Part shown: positions 31,018-41,777 of the stretch, in pieces
Position numbering within the stretch: the first letter of the stretch is position 1
Layout of the letters: each line of letters begins with the position of its first letter
Program-made: the position numbers and the translations under genes
The notes under the pieces: generated by a model
Database searches by the model: none
What the model was told of the DNA's origin: nothing
The model's input: the letters and a program-made list of their open reading frames with translations, nothing else
NCBI GenBank assembly: GCA_963769885.1
Contig: CAVYNH010000007.1
Coordinates: 320,001 to 384,000 of the forward strand
Direction of reading: 5' to 3'
Length of the DNA: 64,000 nt
From: Methanobacteriota archaeon
Lineage (GTDB): Archaea > Thermoplasmatota > E2 > DHVEG-1

Positions 31018-32013
31018 TCAGTCGTGGTTCTCGGGGATCTGGGCTCTGAGGAGGCTGATTTTCTTATGTTCGTGAAATGTGACCGCGGCGCCGGCGATGC
31101 TGGGCAGCAGCCAGATGAGGGCGAACCAAAAGAGGGAGAGGCTGACGATCTGCTCCGAGGCGACGCCATAGAGGGAGAACAGGCTGATGAGGGTCGCCTC
31201 GCGGGTGCCGAGGCCGTAGATGGAGATGGGGAGGATGGCGACGACATTAGCCATCGCGATGAACAAGATGAAGGGGAGATAGGGGACGTTGATTTTGAAA
31301 AGGGAGGAGAGGAGGTACAGCTCGGTGAAGCTGACAATCCAGCCGATGACCGAGAAGAGGAGAGGGAGGGCGACGGCGCGGAAGCTCGGCCGGCCCTCGA
31401 AGAAGGTTTCCAGGGGGTCTTCAAACTGGTTTTGGACGAACCGCATGAGGCGGGTCTGGAGGAGTCGTTGGAGGAGGGGTTGGAAGGAGTCTTTTTTGAG
31501 GTAGAGGAGGAAGAGGGTGAGGGTGATGCCGAGGAGGATGATGAAGAGTGCGAGGAAGATGGGGAAGCGACCGGCGATGAGGATGCCGCCGGCGATGGCG
31601 AAGGCGAGGAGGGTGATGAGGTCGATGGTGTGGAGGGTGAGGACGTTGGAGGCGCATTTGGGGAGGGGTTCTTTGCTTTCTTGTTTGAGGTACAGGATTT
31701 GGAGGTAGCCGCCGAGGCCGCCGGGGGTGATGAAGCCGTAGAAGTAGCCGATGAGGATGTTCTTGATGGAGTAGAGGAAGCTGACGTGGATGCCTTGTTG
31801 TTTCAGGAGGAGCTGCCACTCGATGTTGACGAGGAGGAGGATGGGGATGAAGGAGAAGGCGGCGAGGGCACAGTACCAGGGGTTGAGGGAGGCGAAGATG
31901 TCGAGAACTCTTGGGATGTCGAGTTGGGTGAGAATATATACCAGGATAATGAGGCCGACGAAGGGGAGGATTTTTCGCAGGATGCGGTATCGGCGATGGT
32001 TTGAGGGCACCAC
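31018..32013 (-). CDS. lysylphosphatidylglycerol-synthase-TM / flippase-like (UPF0104) membrane protein
   Basis: Multi-TM; W..LL, ITPGGLG, PISIYGLGTREA. Confidence 0.85.
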   Translation of the reverse strand: MVPSNHRRYRILRKILPFVGLIILVYILTQLDIPRVLDIFASLNPWYCALAAFSFIPILLLVNIEWQLLLKQQGIHVSFLYSIKNILIGYFYGFITPGGLGGYLQILYLKQESKEPLPKCASNVLTLHTIDLITLLAFAIAGGILIAGRFPIFLALFIILLGITLTLFLLYLKKDSFQPLLQRLLQTRLMRFVQNQFEDPLETFFEGRPSFRAVALPLLFSVIGWIVSFTELYLLSSLFKINVPYLPFILFIAMANVVAILPISIYGLGTREATLISLFSLYGVASEQIVSLSLFWFALIWLLPSIAGAAVTFHEHKKISLLRAQIPENHD

Positions 32014-32313
32014 GCTGGGATGAGGTGGCCCCCAAATAAATCTTCTGAAGCCGCAGTTGTTTTCAGAACTCCTCTATCGCTCGGCATCAAGGACAAGAAC
32101 TGTTCGTCATCGGTTCTTTCGTTTTTTTACAATATTTTTTTGTTATATAATATTATGGATATTATTATTTAAATTCTGAAAAATATGTGGGATAGTGAAA
32201 AGAATCTCGTGTGTGGCAAGGATGGGGATTTTAATTTATTGCTGGAAACATTTAAATGAACCGGGGTCCTTACTTAAGGTAGACAAGGTTCTTATTTAGA
32301 AGGAGGAAATTGA

Positions 32314-33369
32314 ATGTACAATGACTTGATTAGGAAAAGCCTGGTCGTCGGTCTCCTCGTCCTCTTCGTGGGGGCGAGCGCCGGCACAGCGATGACTATT
32401 CCCCGCTCTGAAACCCCTAAGAATCTGGGAAACGTCCTAACTGTCGGTTCAGGACCAGGGAACTATACCACCATCCAAAAAGCAATCGATAACTCGAGCA
32501 ACGGCGACACTATTTTCGTCTATAGCGGCACCTACAGCGAGAATGTGGACACGAAGCTAAAGAAGATCACGCTCCAAGGCCAGGACATGGCCACGACCAT
32601 CATCAATGGGCCTGTCGCGACCAACCCTGTTGTGAAGATCCAGACAAGCCAGGTCAACCTCACCGGGTTCACCATTGCGGGGACCACGAACCAAGACGTC
32701 GTCCGGATTATGTCCCTCGCAGAGAACGTCCTGATTTCAAATAACCTGATCAAGGACGGCGGCTACGGGGTTGTCCTGCTCCCAGGCAGCGGCAGAATCA
32801 CCATCACGCACAATACCATCCGCACTATTGGGTTCGAGGGCATCCAGCTCCAGACCTCAACCTATAACGTCATCAGCTTCAACCGCATCGAGAACGGGGC
32901 CGGCCAGGGCATCACCTTGTCCCTGAGTAGTAACCACAACTACATTCAGAACAACTCGGTCGTCAACAACGCCAAGGAAGGTATTATGTGTAACGGTGCC
33001 GGCTGCACGGAGAACTCCATCACCGGCAACAATGTCTCCGGCAACGAGGTTGGTCTCCGGTTCTCCAGCGCGGGCTCAAACACCGTTCGGTCGAACAACA
33101 TCCAAGGTAACACTATGGAAGGGATTCTGCTATCGTTGTCTAGCGAGAACACCTTCAAGGTAAACAACTTCATCGCGAACAAGCGCCAGGCGGCGTTCAA
33201 GCTCTCCTCGCGGAACACGTGGGATGCGAACTACTGGAGCAACTGGATCGGGTTCAAGACGACCAAGCCCTTCTTCCAGAAGCTGCCCAAGGTCGTCCAT
33301 GGAATCGTCTTCTTTACCTTCGATTGGCACCCAGCTCAGACGCCGTACAACCTCACCGGGTTCCCGTAA
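32314..33369 (+). CDS. secreted right-handed beta-helix (NosD/PbH1) protein
   Basis: Signal peptide, YTTIQKAID...GDTIFV.SG.Y.EN, GI.L..S..N.I..N repeats, NYWS, DWHP. Confidence 0.85.
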   Translation: MYNDLIRKSLVVGLLVLFVGASAGTAMTIPRSETPKNLGNVLTVGSGPGNYTTIQKAIDNSSNGDTIFVYSGTYSENVDTKLKKITLQGQDMATTIINGPVATNPVVKIQTSQVNLTGFTIAGTTNQDVVRIMSLAENVLISNNLIKDGGYGVVLLPGSGRITITHNTIRTIGFEGIQLQTSTYNVISFNRIENGAGQGITLSLSSNHNYIQNNSVVNNAKEGIMCNGAGCTENSITGNNVSGNEVGLRFSSAGSNTVRSNNIQGNTMEGILLSLSSENTFKVNNFIANKRQAAFKLSSRNTWDANYWSNWIGFKTTKPFFQKLPKVVHGIVFFTFDWHPAQTPYNLTGFP

Positions 33370-33378
33370 GACCAATCT

Positions 33379-33398
33379 CCCCTTTTTTTCTTTTTTTC
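33379..33398 (+). terminator. oligo-T archaeal terminator
   Basis: T-tract immediately after the stop at 33369. Confidence 0.45.
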
Positions 33399-33581
33399 TA
33401 CATCTAATAATTGAAAAAGAGTACCTATAAAGTGAGCCTCACCCGCGTTCTTCCTCCTTTTATGAATTCAGCCTCCATACCTCAAGAGGGTGAATCCACC
33501 ATCACCACAAGAAAAGTGCTTTCACGAACATTAAAGAAACAAAGACCGATGACAACACTGACAAAGAGGAGAGGGACCAGA

Positions 33582-34439
33582 GTGGAAAAACAAGTCCAGT
33601 GTCCTCAGTGTAAAACCATTCAAACCATCAGAGGCCTACCCGGCGACACTATTGTCGTCACCTGCCTCGACTGTGGATTCACCGGGAAAATCACCTTCCC
33701 CGTACCTCCCTCAACGCAACCCGTCATCCAGATTCATGATCTGACCAAGACCTTCGGCCGATTCACCGCCGTCAAACACCTGAACCTGACGGTCTACAAA
33801 GGCGAGACCTATGGGCTCCTCGGCCCCAATGGATCAGGCAAGACCACGACCATTAAGATCCTCTGCGGACTGCTCAAGCCAACGACGGGCAGAGCCATCA
33901 TCCTCGATAAACCCGTACCATGCAAGACACTCATGCAGCACATAGGCTACATGCCCCAAGAAACAGCGTTGTACCAGGATAACACCGTCCATGAGAATCT
34001 CGCCTTCTTCGCCGGCGTCTACGGCCTTCCCCACGATCGGTTCCTCGCCCAGGAGCAGACCATGTTGCGCTTCGTCGACCTCGAATCATGGCGTGATGCC
34101 CTCGTCTCGACCCTCAGCGGCGGCATGCGGCATCGACTGAGCCTCGCCTGCGCTCTGCTCCATGACCCACAGGTCATCTTCCTCGACGAGCCCACGGTGG
34201 GCGTCGACCCAGAGCTGCGGGCGACCTTCTGGGGATTCTTCAAAACCTTGACGAAAAAAGATCGAACCGTGATTATCACAACTCATTACATGGACGAGGC
34301 GGACCGATGCGGACGTGTCGGGTTACTCCGCACTGGTCGATTGATAGCCGAGGGCAGCCCTGTGGAACTCAAGCAGCGAACCGGGACGACGTCGCTTGAG
34401 GATGCGTTCCTTCGCCTCGGTGGGAGGAGAATGGCATGA
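33582..34439 (+). CDS. ABC-2 type ATP-binding protein with N-terminal Zn ribbon
   Basis: GPNGSGKTT, LSGG, FLDEPT, TTH; N-terminal CPQC...CLDC; start GTG 33582 inferred. Confidence 0.88.
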   Translation: MEKQVQCPQCKTIQTIRGLPGDTIVVTCLDCGFTGKITFPVPPSTQPVIQIHDLTKTFGRFTAVKHLNLTVYKGETYGLLGPNGSGKTTTIKILCGLLKPTTGRAIILDKPVPCKTLMQHIGYMPQETALYQDNTVHENLAFFAGVYGLPHDRFLAQEQTMLRFVDLESWRDALVSTLSGGMRHRLSLACALLHDPQVIFLDEPTVGVDPELRATFWGFFKTLTKKDRTVIITTHYMDEADRCGRVGLLRTGRLIAEGSPVELKQRTGTTSLEDAFLRLGGRRMA

Positions 34440-35602
34440 ATACGCGGCGGATGCTCTCGTTTACTAGGCGTACGCTGCTGCAATTCCGCCATGATCGCCG
34501 AACCCTGGCCTTCGTCATCATCATGCCGCTGCTGATGATGCTCATCTTCGGCTATACCTTCGGTGGTGACGTCAAGGGCATCAATGTCCAATTAGTGAAT
34601 GATGATATCGGCGTGCCCGTGGGAATCCCCGGGTTTGCAGGCGTTAATCTTGGGGCAAACATCTCGTCGAGTCTCGACAACGAAACACTCCATATTCATA
34701 TTGCTACGAATGCGAGTATTGCACGGCAGCAGGTGAAAGAGGGGAAGGCGTGGGCTGCTATCCTGTTTCCCGTGAATTTTTCCCAGGATTTCACTTGGAG
34801 CATAAGTCATCCGCAATCGCCAGCCCGCTCCACTGTGGAGGTATACCTGGATGGATCCAATCCGACAATCGCTAGCGTAGTGATGCAGACAGTGTCAAAG
34901 GCGATCCAAAAAGTAATGACGGACCTGGCCGAATCCATGAACGTCTCTCAGGCGCATATTCCGTTTTCTGTGAACACCTCATATGCGTATGGCGGCGGGG
35001 ACACGCGGTTCATTGACTATTTCGGTCCCGGCGTGATTTCGTTTGCCATCATGATGGTTACAACGATGATCACCATTATCTTGTTTGTCAACGAGCGGCG
35101 AACGGGGACGTTGCAGCGGCTGTTGGCCTCGCCGGCGACCGAGGGTGAGATCGTACTTGGATATTCGCTGGCGTTTGCGGTCATCTGTTTGTTGCAGAGT
35201 ATCGTGGTGTTGGTCACTGCAATCTTGCTGTTTAATGTGACCGTCGTGGGAAATATTTTCTTGGCGTTGGTGGTTGTATTGATTCTGGGGTTCGGTCATC
35301 AGGGGCTTGGGATCTTGTTGTCGGCGGGGGCGAGGAATGAACTGCAGGCGGTGCAGTTCATCCCCTTGGTCTTGTTTCCCTCGATTTTGTTGGCAGGGTT
35401 GTTCTGGCCAGTAGAGTCGATTCCATCGTATCTGCAGCCGTTGTCATATGTGGTGCCGCTTCGGTATGGGATTGAGGCGGAGCGGTCGATCATGCTTCGG
35501 GGGTGGGGGCTAGGGGAGATCTGGGTAGACGTGATGGTGTTGGTGATATTTGCAGCCTTGACTTTGTCAGGAAGTGTGCTGCTTTTGAAGCGGAAGCAGT
35601 AG
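34436..35602 (+). CDS. ABC-2 type permease
   Basis: D.R.L...P, ER..GTL.RLL.SP, LAGLFWP...P, PL.Y; ATGA overlap with the ATPase. Confidence 0.92.
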   Translation: MNTRRMLSFTRRTLLQFRHDRRTLAFVIIMPLLMMLIFGYTFGGDVKGINVQLVNDDIGVPVGIPGFAGVNLGANISSSLDNETLHIHIATNASIARQQVKEGKAWAAILFPVNFSQDFTWSISHPQSPARSTVEVYLDGSNPTIASVVMQTVSKAIQKVMTDLAESMNVSQAHIPFSVNTSYAYGGGDTRFIDYFGPGVISFAIMMVTTMITIILFVNERRTGTLQRLLASPATEGEIVLGYSLAFAVICLLQSIVVLVTAILLFNVTVVGNIFLALVVVLILGFGHQGLGILLSAGARNELQAVQFIPLVLFPSILLAGLFWPVESIPSYLQPLSYVVPLRYGIEAERSIMLRGWGLGEIWVDVMVLVIFAALTLSGSVLLLKRKQ

Positions 35603-35781
35603 CGTTTGCAGTCTTTTTGGAGACTGTCCTTTAAATTCAAAAGAGAAGAAAGAAAATCGGGGAAAGATACCGTCAGTTCCTTTTTGTGTTCGATTTATTT
35701 CAGGATGTTTTGACCAGCCAGAGGTTAATGCTGTTCAGGAACTGTGTGGCATACCCGCTGAGAATCAGGCGAAGACGACAA

Positions 35782-35855
35782 TGGGCCCGGAGAGATTTGA
35801 ACTCTCGACCTACCGGTTATCAGCCGGTTGCTCCACCGATCTAAGCTACGGGCCC
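35782..35855 (-). tRNA. tRNA-Ile(GAT), intronless, CCA not encoded
   Basis: GGGCCCG acceptor stem, anticodon arm ACCGG-CT-GAT-AA-CCGGT, T-loop TTCAAAT. Confidence 0.97.
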
Positions 35856-35882
35856 GCAGCGAAAGGGGGATATGCAGTAATC

Positions 35883-35900
35883 CTATAAAAAGGCTTATCC
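35883..35900 (-). promoter_or_regulatory. TATA/BRE-like promoter of tRNA-Ile
   Basis: Minus strand reads ...gataagccTTTTTATAg about 30 nt upstream of the tRNA. Confidence 0.55.
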
Positions 35901-35937
35901 TTATCAACTGAAAACCGCTTTCGCAACTTGAGTTCGA

Positions 35938-36672
35938 TTGGGAATGCGCTCCCCCTATATTCGACGGTCAATGCAGAAAAGAATCCGGATTACGTACGGC
36001 GATATTCTATATAAACTCCCGCTCGTACTCCATCATATCTGGACCGATCTTTCATCCTGGGCTCTCGTTCTCACAAATCTGATAACAATCACGGTCGCTT
36101 ACCTGCAGCACTGGCCCTTCTCGACCATCATCTGGGTCTATTGGTGCCAGACCCTGATCATCGGCTTCTTCGCGTTTCTCCGCGCCATCTCACTCACCGA
36201 CCTCTCACCAACCCGTATCGACCAGATTCGACTCCGCTTCAAGCATACAGGAAATCTACGTGCTGGCGCCTTCTTCCTGGCGCATTTTACCGTCGCCCAG
36301 GCATGTCTCACGTTCGTCCTCTGGATGCTCATCGGGCCTGTCACAAGCGTCAACGCTATCGTGCTCCTTTCAAGCGCTACGCTCTTCTTCGGCAACCACT
36401 GCTTCTCATATATTTATCATCAAAAACGCGATCGTATCCTCCCAAAAAGTATCGGCTTGGCGCTCCTCCAGCCGTACCTTCGGCTGTTCCCCATCCTGGT
36501 CTCCTTGCTGTTCGCAGGGATGACCATCGGCGCCTTCTTCCTCACCCAAGCCCAGCAGCTCGTCCCCGTTGCCTTCCTCGTCCTCTTCGTCCTCAAAACC
36601 GGCGCGGACGTGACCGCCCATACCTTCGAGCATGGGATGCCACCGACCCGCAAACGGCCGAAGAACGCTTAA
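35938..36672 (+). CDS. DUF6498-like membrane protein
   Basis: L...NL......W....I...YW...IIG, FF..HF, PY.R; start uncertain. Confidence 0.6.
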   Translation: MGMRSPYIRRSMQKRIRITYGDILYKLPLVLHHIWTDLSSWALVLTNLITITVAYLQHWPFSTIIWVYWCQTLIIGFFAFLRAISLTDLSPTRIDQIRLRFKHTGNLRAGAFFLAHFTVAQACLTFVLWMLIGPVTSVNAIVLLSSATLFFGNHCFSYIYHQKRDRILPKSIGLALLQPYLRLFPILVSLLFAGMTIGAFFLTQAQQLVPVAFLVLFVLKTGADVTAHTFEHGMPPTRKRPKNA

Positions 36673-37073
36673 TCAAGTAGCCGCTTCTCACCAGTCAATT
36701 TTTGCAGCGGCCCAATGTTCTGCGAGCACTCCGCGACCCCAAGGTACTCCCCCCTCTCGTTGCGCAGCGCATAATACTCAATGAGGATCTTCTGCTTCTC
36801 CGCCTTGGGACCGATCGGCAAGTCGATGTAGAACTGGGCTTTGTCCCGCTTCCCCGCCTTCATCTCCGAGATAATCGTCTCGACCTTCATCAGGCTCTTC
36901 TTCGGATGACACTGCCGCACATTCCGTCCGACCACACCCTCTGGCCGTTTGAAGATCCGCGTCGCATGCTTGTTCCACGCCAGGACCTTGTCATCCTTAT
37001 CCAGCACCGAAAACTCGATAGGAACAGTCTCTAACAGGGCCTGCAACACATCGTCAGGGAGTCGTCCAATCAT
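36669..37073 (-). CDS. stand-alone PAS domain protein (PAS_10/DUF438-like)
   Basis: P.E.S..D..D.V, RIF.R....GR.V..CHP..S, I.Y.A.R...G.YLG..E..Q. Confidence 0.82.
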   Translation of the reverse strand: MIGRLPDDVLQALLETVPIEFSVLDKDDKVLAWNKHATRIFKRPEGVVGRNVRQCHPKKSLMKVETIISEMKAGKRDKAQFYIDLPIGPKAEKQKILIEYYALRNERGEYLGVAECSQNIGPLQKLTGEKRLLD

Positions 37074-37184
37074 ATTCCTTCAAACCTCACTAGGTCCGAA
37101 AACCATTCCCTATAAAATACCTTTCCACAAGCCCTATTGAGAGTAATGTTAATAGGGGGCAACCAAATTCCTGCACGCTAGAGT

Positions 37185-38702
37185 ATGGACCCTACGAAAA
37201 CCATCGCCGAGCTTTCCTACAACGAAAAAAAAGTCCTACTCACATTACAGAAGCTCAACGGCCACGGCACCATCAAGGAAATCACTGAGAAAGGCGACTT
37301 CAGCCAAGACGTCGAGGTCGCCAACGCCGCTTCCTGGCTCCAGTCAAAACACCTCGTCATCCTCCAAACTACCATGACGACCGTCTACTCCCTCGGCAAA
37401 GACGGACGTCACTTCCTCGAGAAAGGCCTGCCAGAGAAACGGGCACTCAAATACCTGGCCGACCACGGGAGCAGCGCCCCCCTTACCAACCTCTCCAAAA
37501 TCCTCGCCCCTGAAGAGGTCCCCATCGCGGTCGGCTGGCTGCGCACCAATGGTTGGGCGACCATCCAGAAAGGCAAAGAAACCATCCTACGCATCACCCC
37601 CGCCGGCTCCCAGGCTGTTTCCCAGATCACGGACGTAGAGGCGCTCCTGCGTGAGCTGCACGAACACCCCGAAACGCCCCAGGAGAAGGCCCGCGTCGGG
37701 CCACTCCTCGCCCGCAAGAACGTCCTGAAGGAAAAAGAACTCATCAAAACTGTCATCACCCTCACGGACGAAGGACGGGCCATCCTGCAGCACGGCCTCG
37801 ACCTCAAAGAGGAAATCTCCCAAGTCACTACCGGCATTATCAAATCCCATGAATGGGCCCACAAGACGATCCGCCCCTACGACATCCATACGTTTGCCCC
37901 CGCGACCTATGGCGGCGGTCCACACCCCCTCATCCACCTCATCGGACAGATCCGCCAGATCTTCCTCGAGATGGGGTTCCAGGAAGTAGAGGGCAATTAC
38001 TTGGAGTCCTCGTTTTGGAACATGGACGTCCTCTTCATCCCCCAGGACCATCCCGCCCGAGAGATGCAGGATACCCTCTACTGCACGACACCCAAGACAC
38101 TCGCGATCACCGATCTGGCCTTATACAAGAAGATCGCCGAGGTCCATGAGAACGGTAACGCGACTGGGTCCACAGGCTGGGGCTACACCCTCTCCAAGCC
38201 GGAGGCGGAGCGTGCCCTCCTCCGGACGCACACCACGGTTAACACCATCCGCTACCTGTACTTCAACCCGATCCCGCCGGCGAAGGTCTTCAGCATCGGC
38301 CGGGTCTTCAGAAAAGAAAGCATCGATACGACGCACCTGCCAGAGTTCCATCAGATCGAGGGCATCGTCCACGAGGAACATGCCACCTTCCGACAGCTGT
38401 TGGGCATCATCAAGGAGTTTTACACCCGGATGGGGTTTGAGAAGATCCGGTTCCGCCCCGGCTACTTCCCCTACACCGAGCCTTCCATGGAAGTCGAGGT
38501 GTTCTGGAACGGAAAATGGATGGAGCTTGGGGGCAGTGGGGTCTTCCGCCCCGAGGTCACCATCCCAGTCGGAGTGACAAGCCCGGTGCTCGCCTGGGGA
38601 CTTGGCCTCGAACGCCTGGCCATGCTGAAGTTCGGCCTCTCCGACATGCGCCGCCTCTACGTCAGCGACCTGGAATGGATCCAGACGACACCACTCCTCT
38701 GA
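37185..38702 (+). CDS. pheS: phenylalanine-tRNA ligase alpha subunit (archaeal long form)
   Basis: PQDHPAREMQDT, LRTHTT, FR.E..D.THLPEFHQ.EG, FPYTEPS, AWGLG.ERL. Confidence 0.97.
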   Translation: MDPTKTIAELSYNEKKVLLTLQKLNGHGTIKEITEKGDFSQDVEVANAASWLQSKHLVILQTTMTTVYSLGKDGRHFLEKGLPEKRALKYLADHGSSAPLTNLSKILAPEEVPIAVGWLRTNGWATIQKGKETILRITPAGSQAVSQITDVEALLRELHEHPETPQEKARVGPLLARKNVLKEKELIKTVITLTDEGRAILQHGLDLKEEISQVTTGIIKSHEWAHKTIRPYDIHTFAPATYGGGPHPLIHLIGQIRQIFLEMGFQEVEGNYLESSFWNMDVLFIPQDHPAREMQDTLYCTTPKTLAITDLALYKKIAEVHENGNATGSTGWGYTLSKPEAERALLRTHTTVNTIRYLYFNPIPPAKVFSIGRVFRKESIDTTHLPEFHQIEGIVHEEHATFRQLLGIIKEFYTRMGFEKIRFRPGYFPYTEPSMEVEVFWNGKWMELGGSGVFRPEVTIPVGVTSPVLAWGLGLERLAMLKFGLSDMRRLYVSDLEWIQTTPLL

Positions 38703-38864
38703 TCCCGACTTCTATGCAGCTTCCCTCCCCCGATGTATCTCTAATCCCTGAGCCATAAACCTTAAATATAAAACATATTTTATTTTAGAGGATAAATGAT
38801 AACGGCTGTAAACAAAGACTTAAATAATCACGCGGACACCTAAGGTATACATGAGGTTGAGATC

Positions 38865-41738
38865 CTGAGCCACTTCTCCCGGAAACTCTCTGGACTTCTG
38901 CTCGTCAGTCTCCTCCTGACTTCGGGCCTGATGACTCTAGGACTTACCCCCACCGTCCGCGGGGCCACCAGCAAGTCAACCACCCTTTATTTCACAGACT
39001 ACCTGCCCTTCCTTGCCTCGAACGAATCCGACTACGGCCTCGAAGTCGTCAACTTCGCCCCCCTCGCCCCAACCCCACCCATGAAGACCAAGGACGCCGA
39101 ATACCCACCCCCCCTCTTCATCGAGAACACCAGCGGCGGCAGGCTCCCCAGCCTCAACGGCAACAACATCTCCCTCTGGGTCGTCACCTCCTGGGTCGCC
39201 TACTTCCTCGAAGACTACGGCTTCAACTTCAGCGACTACAGCGACCTCCTCCCCCCTGGCGTCTCCATTGAAGACCTCAAACTCTACTTCCCCAACCCCC
39301 TCCGCATCGTCGAACAATACAAATACACTGGCACTGAGCCCCTCACCATCACCGGCGACGTCCCCTTCACCGCCTACTTCGACGGCTTCCGCCACGGCCC
39401 CTTCGTCCACGACAACCTCACCGTCTCCCTCTACCTCTACAACGAAAACGCCACCATCCCCATCCCCCGCAAAATCCAAAGCACCAGCGTCGACGTCAGC
39501 ACACACCTCACCACCGTCCCCAAAACCACCATCGCTCTCAAGAACGTCTCCTTCACTATCAAACCCGATGAAAGCCTCCTCGCCTCCATCGAAATCCAAC
39601 CCGGAAACCGCTCCAACCTCATCCTCAAACGCCTCGACCTCGAAAAACTCGCCGCCCGCGCCCAAAAAATCGGCGACCGACTCGCCAACTCCTCCCACGC
39701 GCGCTTCCAAACCATCGGCGAATTCTTCCAAGAACTCATCCCCCTCGTCCAAGAATTCAACTTCACCACCGATGACCTTCTCAACATCATCAACACCCTC
39801 AAAGCCCCCCACTTCCTCTACGACTCCATCCAACACCCCACCTCCCTCACCATCCCCGCCGCCCTCCCTGGCCCCGCCGAGATCATCACCTATTATCTCC
39901 ACGCGGACCAGAACATGAGCAGCACACCGCCCGCCAAGAACTCCTCTACCAGCCTCGTCCTCGGCACCAGTACCTGGAAGGCGACCACCCTACCCCGCAA
40001 CAAGATCATCCACAACGCCACCGCCACCCTCTACCTCCGTCACCTCTTGGTCCCCACTCGATTCTCGGTCATGGCCACCCTTTACGACAACAACGTCTCC
40101 ATCGCCAACGTCAGTGTCCGCCTGCCCAGCAAACTCCCCGGCCGCTTCGGACTAAGCCCTGCCCTCATCCTCTTCCCCAACCTCAACCATGAGCTCCCCT
40201 ACGGACACCAACTCCGCCTCGGAGTCTCCATGCCAAAGACGCCTTTCGTGAAAATCCTGCGCCGGACCATCCTCCTCTACGACTCCTCAGCCGCCCCATC
40301 ATCGATCACGGTCACCTACACCGACACCAAGAACATCAATATCAGCTATACAGCTGACCCCACCTCGCAGACCATCCTGCCAGGCGGCAGCATCATCTAC
40401 ACCCTTGCGATTACCGGCAGGCTCGCAGATACCATCACCCTAACAGTTGTGAACAAGAGCCAAGGCCATTGGCGACTCGACATCCCGCAAACGACGGCCA
40501 CGCTCACCGCAGGCGGCACCGCCACCCTCAACGTCACCGCCGTCTCCACCGACGACACCAAAGCCGCATACAACAGCACCATCGACCTCACTTTCCAAGT
40601 GACCGGCCATACGGGCATCGCCCAGGCCACGGCCAGCGCGCGAATCTCCCAAGAAGCCATCAAATACGCCGTCACAATCATCGGCTACCCTGAAAGCCTC
40701 AACATCTCCAAAGGAGAAAACCGCAGCTTCTACATCATCGTCGCCAACAACAACACCGGCGCGGTCGACGATACCGATAGCTACACAGTCACCGCCACCT
40801 CGGACAACCAGTGGGTCATGGCCAACGAAAATATCCCCGACGTCGTCCGCGGCAACACCTCGACCCCGACCTTGGTCATCGAATCAGTCCCTCAGAACAC
40901 CAGCCTCAATTCGGATACCATCAGGATTACGGTGACCTCTGTACGCAGCCCGACGACCTCTAGCACCGTCACAATCCTCGTCAAAGTCAACAGCCCCAAC
41001 TCCATCGAAAACGTCTATGACTGGTTCAAGAGCCTCGCCCAGAACCTTGGCCTCACCGGACCGTTCGGCGACTACGCCCCCATCGTCCTCGTCGCCATCC
41101 TCATGATAATCATCATATTCATCATCATAATCCTCACCCTTGTACTCACCCACAGGGTCGGCCGACTCATCGCCCCGGATCGCATCCGAGAAATCGACAG
41201 CACGGGCGAAGCCCAGTTCCCAATCACAATCAAAAACAACACCCGTAAACCACGGACCTATACCGTAACCGCGACCCAAACCCGGCCTGAGATGCCTTGG
41301 GCCGTCACAATCACCCCACAGAATATCACCATCGAGGGACGGCAACAGGCAATCGCCACTGTCTCCATCCGGCCACCCGCAGGCGCAGCCCCCAAAGACT
41401 GGTGCGAACTGAACCTCACCGTCAAAGCCCACGGTGCCCGAGCCGAACGCCTCTCTCTTCTAACCCTTATTAAGGAAGGAACGACGATCCTGCAAGTCCA
41501 AAACGTCACCCACAATCCCGCCTCTTTCATGGCCGGAGACCGCGTCGTCACCTCGTTCACCGTCGCTAATGAAGGGACGGTCAACGCCCCGAAGGCATCC
41601 ATCCTCTTCTACCTTAACCGAAAGAAGGTCGCCAGCCTCGACTGCGCCATCCCCGCAGGAGGGGCCGCCGACATCCAAGTCCCCTGGATCGCTACGAAAG
41701 GCAAAAACACAGTAAAAGTCCAGGTGAAGACGCCATAA
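38865..41738 (+). CDS. large membrane protein with Ig-like (COG1470-type) and CARDB-like domains
   Basis: Beta-rich extracellular part, single TM (IVLVAILMIIIIFIIIILTLVL), C-terminal V.N.G...A..VPW; signal peptide is complete only if translation starts upstream of ATG 38931. Confidence 0.7.
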   Translation: MSHFSRKLSGLLLVSLLLTSGLMTLGLTPTVRGATSKSTTLYFTDYLPFLASNESDYGLEVVNFAPLAPTPPMKTKDAEYPPPLFIENTSGGRLPSLNGNNISLWVVTSWVAYFLEDYGFNFSDYSDLLPPGVSIEDLKLYFPNPLRIVEQYKYTGTEPLTITGDVPFTAYFDGFRHGPFVHDNLTVSLYLYNENATIPIPRKIQSTSVDVSTHLTTVPKTTIALKNVSFTIKPDESLLASIEIQPGNRSNLILKRLDLEKLAARAQKIGDRLANSSHARFQTIGEFFQELIPLVQEFNFTTDDLLNIINTLKAPHFLYDSIQHPTSLTIPAALPGPAEIITYYLHADQNMSSTPPAKNSSTSLVLGTSTWKATTLPRNKIIHNATATLYLRHLLVPTRFSVMATLYDNNVSIANVSVRLPSKLPGRFGLSPALILFPNLNHELPYGHQLRLGVSMPKTPFVKILRRTILLYDSSAAPSSITVTYTDTKNINISYTADPTSQTILPGGSIIYTLAITGRLADTITLTVVNKSQGHWRLDIPQTTATLTAGGTATLNVTAVSTDDTKAAYNSTIDLTFQVTGHTGIAQATASARISQEAIKYAVTIIGYPESLNISKGENRSFYIIVANNNTGAVDDTDSYTVTATSDNQWVMANENIPDVVRGNTSTPTLVIESVPQNTSLNSDTIRITVTSVRSPTTSSTVTILVKVNSPNSIENVYDWFKSLAQNLGLTGPFGDYAPIVLVAILMIIIIFIIIILTLVLTHRVGRLIAPDRIREIDSTGEAQFPITIKNNTRKPRTYTVTATQTRPEMPWAVTITPQNITIEGRQQAIATVSIRPPAGAAPKDWCELNLTVKAHGARAERLSLLTLIKEGTTILQVQNVTHNPASFMAGDRVVTSFTVANEGTVNAPKASILFYLNRKKVASLDCAIPAGGAADIQVPWIATKGKNTVKVQVKTP

Positions 41739-41777
41739 ACCTTAATAACTGAGATTCTTTCGCTCCCTTGAGAAAAG

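Noticed and set aside
35700-35940. tRNA-Ile as an integration site
   Set aside because: No duplicated tRNA 3' end or integrase seen in the window
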